DNA of 55,530 bases, the filler included, from Sphacelaria rigidula (lineage: Eukaryota): the NCBI GenBank assembly GCA_964200075.2. It is 4 parts of 4 records of this genome, joined end to end, with 100 filler letters (N's around TTAATTAATTAA, not from the genome) between each part and the next. Parts side by side here need not be neighbours in the genome. Positions count along the whole stretch, not along the records: positions 1 to 13,810 come from CAXNAA020002652.1; positions 13,911 to 27,720 come from CAXNAA020002653.1; 2 more parts are not named here. The stretch is one strand, 5' to 3'. This document shows positions 12,028-22,900 of the stretch, in pieces (within the stretch, counting starts at the first letter, position 1; the number at the start of each line of letters is the position of its first letter). The position numbers were made by a program, and so were the translations under genes. The notes under the pieces were generated by a model that searched no databases, was not told the origin of the DNA, and was given only the letters and a program-made list of their open reading frames with translations.

Positions 12028-12345
12028 TGGTCATCCTAGGAGATCGATGGTGGCCACAGACGGCGAAACAGGACGGGGATAAGATATGTAGAAGGTTTTT
12101 GCGTAATGTATGGAAGAAATGTAATGAGCGCCGAAATGTTGAAGGTGGCTCTATTAGGAGTAGGAACGGTGCTCCGTCGCGAAAAGGGTGCGTGGTCAAT
12201 AGTCAAACGACTAAGGCAAGCAACAAATGAGGACGCCCCCCCCCCCCCGCCCCCGGTGCGGCCGCGCGCAAGGGAAGCGGGGGTCAATGGTCGAACGACT
12301 AGGCAAGCAACAAATGAGGACGCCTCCCCCCTCCCCCCTCCCCCC
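12028..12345 (+). mobile_element. 5'-truncated non-LTR retrotransposon 3' end (family 1, oligo-C tail) plus a second short tail copy
   Basis: Encodes ILGDRWWPQTAKQDGDK...SRKGCVVNSQTTKASNK-stop, followed by a C run. The same peptide occurs at 27970-28290 (-) and 51862-52274. Confidence 0.75.
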
Positions 12346-12347
12346 CG

Positions 12348-12505
12348 AGCCTGGTCCGGCGAAAACCCGGCGTGCTTCGTATCGGCTTTGCGGGGACGGG
12401 CCCCCGATGGTATTGGCGTCAGCTGGGCAACCAGGCTACTGATTTTTTTCGCGCGCTTGCGTTTTTTTTTTGCGATGACTTTGATAGTGGTCAAGCTAGA
12501 TCATA
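12348..12505 (+). mobile_element. Repeat related to family 2 (ctggtccggcgaaaacccggcgtgct... variant); homologous to 41432-41625
   Basis: Colinear match from ctggtccggcga to gtggtc(a/g)agctagatcat in both copies. Confidence 0.6.
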
Positions 12506-12554
12506 TTGTGCGGCGCGAGAGAACCTCAACTCCGCGCAAAGGAGATGATGATAC

Positions 12555-12694
12555 CATACCCTGGACAGAAGATTTTTTTTGTCAAAAAAATGTACTGCGT
12601 ACAGTATGAAATCTATTGTCTGTTGCAACAGACGCAATAGTCCATACTGTGCGCAGTACGCTTTTTGACTGTGTATTCTATTGTCCAGGGTGTG
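12555..12694. mobile_element. MITE with CACCCTGGA-type TIRs (~140 bp)
   Basis: accctggaca...tgtccagggt terminal inverted repeats. The interior matches the reverse complement of 31848-31985. Confidence 0.7.
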
Positions 12695-12849
12695 GATGAT
12701 ACTGCGTAGTCTTCAAATGGTGAGATGCCCATGAGGCAGTGTGGAACCCGTGGCTGTCTCTGATAGTTGCGATACGATAAAAATAATGCAACGTATTCGA
12801 GGCTGTCATCCAAATGCAAGATCATTAGTAGGCTTCGGGCCGAACATTC

Positions 12850-13032
12850 TTAGCAGGATGCAGCTCACCCTTCATGCGACTCGCCGAACACACCACGTCA
12901 CTTCGCGCGTGGTGATTGACTACGAGGCTGGTCCGGCGAAAACCCGGCGTGCTCCGTCGCGGCCTTGTAGGGGTGCGACGTCAATGTGCATGTGACTACA
13001 GCATGCAAGATCATGAGTATCCCCCCCCCCCC
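12850..13032 (+). mobile_element. Retroposon 3' end, family 2 (oligo-C tail)
   Basis: catgcgactcgccgaa...ctggtccggcgaaaacccggcgtgct...gcatgcaagatcatgagtat followed by a C run. Colinear with 50860-51041. Confidence 0.65.
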
Positions 13033-13147
13033 GTCTTTTTTTTCTTGAGTTTCCTTTTGCGAGTACATCGGTTTCGTTTACCTTGCACATATGGGATAGC
13101 TCACGAGCTACCCAATATAACTAATCGACGAAGACTCTCGGAGAGGT

Positions 13148-13429
13148 TAGTTTACCACTTGGGACGGGTGAGCAGCTCCGAAATTTATGATTTCGAAGAA
13201 CACTAAGATTAACCCTAACCCTAATCCCAACGAAATCGTACAAAGAACCCTCGGGCAAGGGGGGGTGCAAAGTGTGCGTTGCCAGATCTGAAATCGGCGC
13301 TGGCTTGGACAAAATTGCGTCCTGCGCACGCTTGGAGCACAACCCCGTTTAACATCCGGATTTCGGTGTTCACACTAAAATCAAGTCAGACAAACTCGGA
13401 GCTACTCACCCGTCCAAAGTGGTGAACTA
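13148..13429. mobile_element. MITE with 34-bp TIRs (including possible TA TSD) and an internal telomere-like tract
   Basis: tagtttaccacttgggacgggtgagcagctccga versus tcggagctactcacccgtccaaagtggtgaacta (3 mismatches). taaccctaaccctaa lies at 13210-13224. Confidence 0.85.
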
Positions 13430-13640
13430 TAATGCTCTCAGATCCCTCTTTCAGAAACACAGAGTATGTGACGGCAGGGTCTGGGAAGCCGACGCGTTAC
13501 CTTCGCGTTGCTCCGCGTGCTCGGCATCCGGCGCTGTTGGAAAAAAATATAGAGAGGGAGAGAAAAAGGAGCTAGTTCATGATTCGAATCAGTACATTAG
13601 TAGAGGTGTCGACACTTTCTACGATAGCCCCCCTCCCCCC

Positions 13641-13810
13641 AAAACGGCACAGATAGGCAGGTTGGACGTGATTCTCAGAGACTCGCGCCCAGACACTAGG
13701 ATTAGGATATGTATCCTATTGAACGTGACCGTACCAAAGCGGGAATATTCAGGAGAAGTATGGGAAAGGAATACGAAGTTGGTGGAGAGGTTAGAAACAG
13801 TACAGATGGC
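13641..13810 (+). mobile_element. LINE ORF2 fragment (region C-terminal to the RT core), truncated by the contig end
   Basis: AQIGRLDVILRDS..DTRIRICILLNVTVPKREYSGEVWE..KLVERLETVQM resembles the non-LTR P.L.Y..E.W motif. It starts right after a C run. Confidence 0.6.
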
Positions 13811-13910
13811 NNNNNNNNNNNNNNNNNNNNNNNNNNNNNNNNNNNNNNNNNNNNTTAATTAATTAANNNNNNNNNNNNNNNNNNNNNNNNNNNNNNNNNN
13901 NNNNNNNNNN
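13811..13910. other. Artificial contig linker (N44-TTAATTAATTAA-N44)
   Basis: The same 100-nt construct occurs three times and has stops in all six frames. Confidence 0.97.
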
Positions 13911-16900
13911 ATCAAAAGGTGGGTGAGCTTCTCTATTTCATGTCAATCTCTGGACTGCGGTATAGTAGGTTGATAAGAAAGGAGGGTCAGCTTCTCTATT
14001 TTATGTCTATGTCCTGGCTGTGTTACAGTAGGTTGAAGAAAAGAGACGGTTTCCTGCTATTTTTCACGTCTATGTCCTGGCTGTGTTATAGTACGGTGAA
14101 GACAAAAGACGGTTTTCTGCTCTATTCCACGTTTATGTCCTGGCTGTGTTATAGTAGGTGAGAGAAAAAGGAGGGTTTGTTTCTCTATTTCATGTCTATG
14201 TCCGGGCTGTGTTACAGTAGGTAAAATGTGAAGGAGGGTAAGCTTCTTTAATTTAAGTTCATCTCCGGGCTGTGTTATAGTAGGTGAAAGAAAGAGGAGG
14301 GTGAGCTTCTCTATTTCATGTCTATATCCGAACTCTGCTATAGTACGTTTAAGAAAAATGAGGGGAAGCTGCTCTATTTTATGTCTATGTCCCGGCTGTG
14401 TTATAGTATGTTAGAGGAAAAGGATGGTTAGTTTCCTATTTCCATGTTTATATTCGGGCTGTGTTAGAGTAGGTTGATAAAAAAGAACGGGTAGCTCCTC
14501 TATTTCAGGTCAATGTCTGGACTGCGTTAGAGTAAATGAAATAAACAGGAGGGTGAGCTCCTCTATTTCTTGTTAACCTCTGGACTGCGTTATTGTAGAT
14601 GAAGTAAAAAGGAGGGTGAGGTTCTCTATTTCATGTGTATGTCCGAGCTGTGTTATAGTAGGTTGACGAAAACGGACGGTTAGCTGTTCTAACCATGTCT
14701 ATGTCCGGGCTGTGTTACAGTAGGTTGATAAAAAAGAAGGATTAGCTCCTCTATTTCAGGTCAATGTCTGGCCCGCGTCAGAGTAAATGAAATATAGAGG
14801 AGGGTGAGCTTCTCTAGTTGATGTCTATGTCCTGGCTGTGTTATAGTAGGTGAGAGAAAAAGGAGGGTTTGTTTCTCTATTTCATGTCTATGTCCGGGCT
14901 GTGTTACAGTAGGTAAAATATGAAGGAGGGTAAGCTTCTTTATTTTAGGTTCATCTCCGGGCTGTGTTATAGTAGGTGAGAGAAAAAAGAGGGTGAGCTT
15001 CTCTATTTCATGTCTAAATCCGAACTCTGCTATAGTACGTTTAAGAAAAATGAGGGGAAGCTGCTCTATTTTATGTCTATGTCCCGGCTGTGTTATAGTA
15101 TGTTAGAGAAAAAGGATGGTTAGTTCCTTATTTTCATGTTTATGGTAGAGCTGTGTTATAGTAGGTGGAATGAGAAGGAGGTTTAGCTCCTCTATTCGAT
15201 GTTTACAACCGGACTGCGTTAGAGTAGGTCAATAAGAAAGGCGGGTGAGCTTCTCTATTTCATGTTCATATCCGAGCTGTGTTATAGGAGGTTGAATGAA
15301 GAGGGGGGTTAGGTTCTCTATTCCATGTTTATATCCGGGCTGTGTTATAGTAGGTCAATATGCAAGGAGGGTGAGCTTCTCTAATTCATGTCTATATCTG
15401 TGTTGTGCTATAGTAGGTTGAATAGAAAGGGGGATGAGCTTCTCTATTTCATGTTTATATCCGGGCTGTGTTATAGTAGGTTGAATGAAGAGGAGGGTAA
15501 GCTTCTCCATTCCATGTCTATGTCCTGCCTGTGTTATAGTAGGTGAAAAAAAAGGACGGTTAGCTGCTCTATTCCATGTCTATGTCATGGCTGTGTGAGA
15601 CTAGGATAAAGAAAAAGGACTGTTTGCTGCTCTATTTCATGTTTATGTCCGGGCTGTGTAAGAGTAGATTGATAAAAAAAGGAGGGTTAGCTCCTCTATT
15701 TCAGGTGAATGTCTGGACTGCGTTAGAGTAAATGAAATAGAATGAGGGTGAGCTTCTCTATTCCATGTCTATGTCCTGGCTGTGTTATAGTGGGTTCAAC
15801 AAAAAGGAGGGTGAGCTGCTCTCTTCCATGTCTATGTCCGAGCTGTGTTTGAGTAGGTTGATAAAACAAAACCGTTAGCTTCCCTATTTCAGGTCAATGT
15901 CTGGACCGCGTTTTAGTAGATGAAATAAAAAGGAGGGTAAGCTTCTCTATGCCATGTCTATGTCCTGGCTGTGTTATAGTAGGTGAGAGAGAAAGGAGGG
16001 TTTGTTTCTTTATTTTATGTCTATGTCCGGGCTGTGTTACAGTAAGTGAATTATAAAGAAGGGTAAGCTTCTCTATTTTATGTCTATGTCCGGGCTGTGT
16101 TATAGTAGGTAAGAGAAAAAGGAGGGTGAGCTTCTGTAGTTCATGTTTATATCCGAACTGTGTTATAGTACGTTCAAGAGAAACGAGGAGTGGCTTCTTC
16201 TCCATGTCTATGTCCGGGCTGTGTTATAGTATGTTAGAGAAAAAGGATGGTTAGTTTCTTGTTTTCATGTCTATATTCGGGCTGTGGCATAGTAGGTGGA
16301 ATGAAAAGGAGGGTTGGCTTCTTTATTCCATGTTTTCATCCGTTATGCGTTATAGTTGGTTGATATGAAAGGAGGGTCAGCTTCTCTATTCCATGTCTAT
16401 ATCAGGGCTTTGTTATAGTAGATTGAATAACAAGGAGGGTGACCTGCTCTATTCCATGTCTATATGCGGGCTGTGTTATAGTAGGTGGAATGAAAAGGAG
16501 GGTGACCTACTCTATTCCATGTCTATGTCCTGCCTGTGTTATAGTAGGTTGAATAAAAGGGAGGGTGAGCTTCTCTACTCCATGGTCATATCCGGGCTGT
16601 GCTATTGTAGGCTAAATGAAGACGGGGGCGAGCTTTCCTATTTCATGTTTATATCCGGGCTGTGTTACAGTAGGGGTAATGAAAAGAAGGGTAAGCTTTT
16701 GTATTACATGTCTATGTCCTGGCTGTGTTATAGTACGGTGAAAAAAAAAAGGGCGGCTAGCTGCTCTGGTTCATATCTATGTCCGGGCTGTGTTAGAGTA
16801 GGTCAAACAAAAAGGACGGTTTGCTGCTCTATTTCATGTCTATGTCCTGGCTGTGTTATAGTAGGTGAGAGAAAAAGGAGGGTAAGTTTCTCTATTTCAT

Positions 16901-19900
16901 GTCTATGTCCGGGCTGTGTTACAGTAGGTGAAATATGAAGGAGGGTAATCTTCTCTATTTTATGTCTATGTCCGGGCTGTGTTATAGTAGGTGAGAGAAA
17001 AAGGAGGGTGAGCTTCTCTATTTCATGTTTATATCCGAACTGTGTGATAGTACGTTCATGACAGATGAGGGGAAGCTGCTCTATTCCATATCTATGTCCA
17101 GGCTGTGTGATAGTATGTCAGAGAATAAGGATGGTTAGTTTCTTATATTCATGTCTATTTCCGGGCTGTGTTATCGTAGGTGGAATGAAAAGGAGGGTTA
17201 GCTCCTCTATTCCATGTTTTCATCCGTTATGCGTTATAGTAGATTGATAAGAAAAGAAGGTCAGGTTCTCTATTTCATGTCTATATCCGGGCTGTGTTGT
17301 AGTAGGTCGAATTAAAGGGAGGGTTAGCTCCGATATTCCATGTTTATGTCCGGGCTGTGTTATAGTAGGTTGATTAGAAGGAAGGGTTAGCTTCTCTATT
17401 TCAGGTCAATGTCTGGACTGCGTTAAAGTAGATGAAATAGAAAGGAGGATGAGCTTCTCTATTTAATGTCTATGTCCTGGCTGTGTTATAGTAGGTGAAA
17501 AAAAGGAGGGTTTGTTTCTCTATTTCATCTCTATGTCCCGGCTGTGTAAGAGTAGGTTGAAGCAAAGGAGGGTTAGCTTCTCTATTCCATGTTTTTATCC
17601 GGACGGCGTTACAATAGGTTGATAAGAAAGGAGGGTCAGCTTCTCTATTTCATGTCTATATCCGGGCTGTGTTATAGTAGGTTGATCAAAAGGAAGGGTT
17701 AGCTTCTCTATTTCATGTCTATGTCCGGGCTGTGTTATAGTAGGTTGATGAAAAAGGAGGGTCAGCTTCTTTATTTCAGGTCAATGTCTGGACTGCGTTA
17801 TAATAGGTTGAATAAAGAGGAGGCTGAGCTTCTCTATTTCATGTTTATGTCCGGGCTGTGTTATAGTAGGTCAAAGAAAAAGGACGATTAGCTGCTCTAT
17901 GTCATGTCAATGTCTGGACTGCGTTAGAGTAGATGAAATAGAAAGGAGGGTGAGCTTCTATATTTCATGTCTATGTCCCGGCTGTGTCATAGTATGAAAA
18001 GAAAAAGGAGGTCTTGTTTTTCTATTTATCTCTATGTCTCGGCTGTATTAAAGTAGGTTGATAAGAAAGGAGGGTTAGCTTCGCAATTCTATGTTTTCAT
18101 CCGGACGGCGTTACAGTAGGTTGATAAGAAAGGAGGGTGAGCTTCTCTATTCCATGTCTATGTCCCGGCTGTGTTAGAGTAGGTTGAAGAAAAAGGACCG
18201 TTAGCTCCCCTGTTTCATGTCTATATCCGGCCTGTGTTAGAGTAGGTTGAGTAAAAGGGAGGGTTAGCTTCTCGATTTTATTTTCATATCCGGCCTGTGT
18301 TATAGTAGGTTGAATGAAAAGGAGGGTGAGCTTCTCTATTTCATGTTTATATCCGGCCTTTGTTATAGTAGGTTGATTAAAAGGACGGGTTAGCTTCTCT
18401 ATTTCATGTCTATGTCCGGGCTGTGTTATAGTAGGTTGAATAAAAAGGAGGGTCAGCTTCTTCATTTCAGGTCAATGTCGGGACTGCGTTATAATAGGTT
18501 GATTAAAAGGAGGCTGAGCTTCTTTATTTCATGTCTAAGTCCGGGCTGTGTTATAGTAGGTTCAAGAAAAAGGACGATTAGCTGCTCTATTCCATGTCTA
18601 TATCGGGCTGTGTTATAGTAGGTTTGATGAAAAAGAAGGGTTAGCTTCTCTATTTCAGGTCAATGTCTGGACTGTGTTATAGTAGATGAAATAGAAAGGA
18701 ACGTGAGCTTCTATATTTCATGTCTATGTCCTGGCTGTGTTATAGTAGGTGAAAAGAAAAGGAGGGTTTGTTTCTCCATACCATGTCTATTTCCCGGCTG
18801 TGTAAGAGTAGGTCAAAGAAAAAGGATGGTTTGCTGCTCTATATCATGTCCATATGCGGGCTGTGGTATAGTAGGTTATATCAAAGGAAGGGTAAGCTTC
18901 TCTACTTCATGTCTATATCCGGGCTGTGTTATAGTAGGTTGATTAGAAGGAAGGGTGAGCTTCTCTATTCTATTTTCATATCCTGGCTGTGTTATAGTAG
19001 GTGAAAAAAAAGGAGGGTTGGTTTCTTTTTATCATCTCTATGTCCCAGCTGTGTAAGAGTAGGTTGAAGAAAAGAAGGGTTAGCTTTTCTATTCCATGTT
19101 TTCATCCGGACGACCATGTTTTCATCCGGACGACGTAACAGTAAGGTGATGAGAAAGGAGGGTCAGCTTTTCTATTTCATTTCTATATCCGGGCTGTGTT
19201 ATAGTAGGTCGAATGAAAGGAAGGGTGAGCTTCTCTATATCATATCTATGTCCGGGCTGTGTTATAGTAGGTTGATGAAAAAGAAGGGTGAGCTTCTCTA
19301 TTTCAAGTCAATGTCTGGACTGCGTTATAGTAAAAGTAATCAAAAAGAGGCTGAGCTTCTATATTTCATGTCTATGTCCGGGCTGTGTTATAGTAGGTTG
19401 ATGAAAAAGAAGGGTGAGCTTCTCTATTTCAGGTCAATGTCCGGACTGCGTTATAGTAAATGTAATTAAAAGGAGGGTGAGCTTCTGTATTTCATGTCTA
19501 TGTCCTGGCTGTGTTATAGTAGGTGAAAAGAAAAGGAGGGTTTGTTTCTCCATATCATGTCTATTTCCCGGCTGTGTAAGAGTAGGTCAAAGAAAAAGGA
19601 CGGTTTGCTGCTCTATATCATGTCCATATGCAAGCTGTGGTAGACTAGGTTGAATCAAAGGAAGGGTAAGCTTCTCTACTTCATGTATATATCCTGGCTG
19701 TGTTATAGTAGGTTGAATAAAAGGGAGGGTAAGCTGCTCTATCTCATGTCTATGTCCGGGCTGTGTTATAGTAGATGAAATTCAAAGAAGGGTGAGCTTC
19801 TCTATCCCATGTCAACCTCTGGACTGCGTTATAGTAGATGAAATTCAAAGGAGGGTGAGCTTCTCTATATCATGTCTATGTCCTGGCGTGTAAGAGTATG

Positions 19901-22900
19901 TTAGAGGAAAAGGACGGTTTGCTGCTCTATTTCATGTTTATATCCGGGCTGTGGTATAGTAGGTTGAATTAAAGGGAGGGTGAGCTTGTAAATTTCATGT
20001 TTATATCCTGGCTGTGTTAAAGTAGGTTGAATAAAAGGGAGGGTAAGCTGCTCTTCTCCATGTCTATGTCTGAACTGCGTTATAGTAAATGTAATCAAAA
20101 GGAGGGTGAGCTTCTCTATTCCATGTCAATCTCTGGACTGCGTTATAGTAGATGAAATAGAAAGGAGGGTGAGCTTCTCCATATCATGTCTATATCCTGG
20201 CTGTTTAATATAAGATTGAAGAAAATGGACCGTTAGCTTCTCTATTTCATGTCTATATCCGGGCTGTGTTATAGTAGGTTGAGTGAAAGGGAGGGTGAGC
20301 TCCTCTATTTTATGTTTATATCCGGCCTGTGTTGTAGTAGGTTGAATGAAAAGGGTGATGAGCTTCTCTAATTCTTGTTCATATTCGGGCTGTGTTATAG
20401 TAGGTTGAATGACACGGAGGATATGCTTCTCTAATCCATGTCTTTGTCCTGGCTATGTTATAGTAGGTGAAAAGAAGAGGAGGGTTCGTTTCTCCGTTTC
20501 ATCTTTATGTCCCGACTGTGTTAGACTAGGTTGAAGAAAAAGGAGGGTTAGCTTCTCCATTCCATGTTGTCATATGAACGGCGTTACAGTAGGTATATAA
20601 GAAGGGAAGGGTGAGCTTCTCTATTCCATGTCTATATCCGGGCTGTGTTATAGTAGGTTGATAAAAGAGAAGGGTTAGCTTCTCTATTTCAGGTCAATGT
20701 CTGGACTGCGTTTTAGGAGATGAAATAGAAAGGAGGGTGAGCCACTATATTTCATGTCTATGGCCTGGATGTGTTATAGTAGGTTTAGGAAAAAGGACGG
20801 GTAGCTGCTCTTTTCCATGTCTATGTTCGAGCTGTGCTATAGTAGGTTAATAAAATAGAAGGGTGAGCATCTCTATTTCAGGTCAATGTCTGGACTGCGT
20901 TATAGTAGATGAAATAGAAAGGAGGGTGAGCTTCTATATTTCATGTCTATGGCCTGGCTGTGTTACAGTAGGTGAAAAAGAAAGGAGGGTTTGTTTCTCA
21001 ATTTCATGTCTATGTCCCGGCTGTGTTAAAGTAGGTTAAAGAACAAGGACGGTTTGCTGCCCTATTTCATGTCCATGTCCGGTCTGTGTTATAGTAGATT
21101 GATAAAAAAGGAGGGTTAGTTCCTTCATTTGAGGTGAATGTCTGGACTGCATTTTAGTAAATGAAATTCAAAGGAGGGTGAGCTCCTCTATTCCATGTCA
21201 ATCTCTGGACTGCGTTATAGTAATTGAAATACAAAGGAGGGTGAGCTTCTCTATTTCATGTCTATGTCCTGGCTGTGTTTGGTAGATTGAAGAAAAAGGA
21301 CCGTTAGCTTCTCTATTTCATGTCTATATCCGGACGGCGTTACAGTAGGTTAAGTGAAAGGGAGGGTGAGCTTCTCTATTCTATGTTTATATCCCACCTG
21401 TGTTGTAGTAGGTTGTGTGAAAAGGGTGGTGAGCTTCTCTAATTCATGTTCATATTCGGGCTGTGTTATAGTAGGTTGAATGACAAGGAGGATAAGCTTC
21501 TCTAACCCATGTCTATGTCCTGGCTATGTTATAGTAGGTGAAGAAAAGAGGAGGGTTCGTTCCTCTATTTTATCTTTATGTCCCGGCTGTGTTAGAGTAG
21601 GTTGAAGAAAAAGGAGGGTGAGCATCTCTATTTCATGTCTATGTCCTGGCTGTGTTATAGGAGATTGAAGAAAAAGGACCGTTAGCTTCTCTATTTCATG
21701 TCTATATCCGGACTTTGTTATAGTAGGTTGAGTGAAAGGGAGGGTTAGCTCCTCTATTTTATGTTTATATCCGGCCTGTGTTGTAGTAGGTTGAATAAAA
21801 AGGGTGGTGAGCTTCTCTAATTCATGTTCATATTCGGGCTGTGTTATAGTAGGTTGAATGACACGGAGGATAAGCTTCTCTAATCCATGTCTATGTCCTG
21901 GCTATGTTATAGTAGGTGAAGAATAGAGGAGGGTTCGTTCCTCTATTTCATCTTCATGTCCCGACTGTGTTAGACTAGGTTGAAGAAAAAGGAGGGTTAG
22001 CCTCTCCATTCCATGTTGTCATATGAACGGCGTTACAGTAGGTATATAAGAAGGGAAGGGTGAGCTTCTCTATTCCATGTCTATATCCGGGCTGTGTTAT
22101 AGTAGGTTGATAAAAGAGAAGAGTTAGCTTCTCTATTTCAGGTCAATGTCTGGACTGCGTTATAGGAGATGGAATAGAAAGGAGGGTGAGCTTCTATGTT
22201 TTATGTCTATGTCCTGGCTGTGTTATAGTAGGTTCAAGAAAAAGGATGGTCAGCTGCTCTATTCCATGTCTATGTTCGGGCTGTGTTATAGTAGGTTGAT
22301 GAAAAAAAAGGGTGAGCTTCCCTATTCCAGGTCAATGTCTGGACTGCGTTATAGAAGATGAAATAGAAAGGAGGGTGAGCTTCTATATTTCATGTCTATG
22401 GCCTGGCTGTGTTACAGTAGGTGAAAAAGAAAGGAGGGTTTGTTTCTCAATTTCAGGTCTATGTCCCGGCTGTGTTAAAGTAGGTTAAAGGACAAGGACG
22501 GTTTGCTGCCCTATTTCATGTTTATGTCCGGTCTGTGTTATAGTAGATTGATAACAAAAGAGGGTTAGCTTCTCTATTTGAGGTGAATGTTTGGACTGCA
22601 TCATGGTAGATGAAATTAAAAGGAGGGTGAGCTTCTCTATTCCAGGTCAATCTCTGGACTGCTTTATAGTAGATGAAATAGAAAGGAGGGTGAGCTTCTC
22701 TATTTCATGTCTATGTCCTGGCTGTGTTAGAGTAGGTTGAAGAAAAAGGACCGTTGGCTTCTCTATTTCATGTCTTTGTCCGGGCTGTGTTATAGTAGGT
22801 TGAGAGAAAGGGAGGGTTAGCTCCTCTATTTTATGTTCATATCCGGCCTGTGTTGTAGTAGGTTGAATAAAAAGGGTGGTGAGCTTCTCTAATTCATGTT

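Noticed and set aside
13210-13224. True or relic telomere
   Set aside because: Only ~2.5 units, located inside a TIR-bounded element.
13855-13866. TTAATTAATTAA as a biological palindrome or site
   Set aside because: It is embedded in fixed-length N runs three times and is a synthetic spacer.
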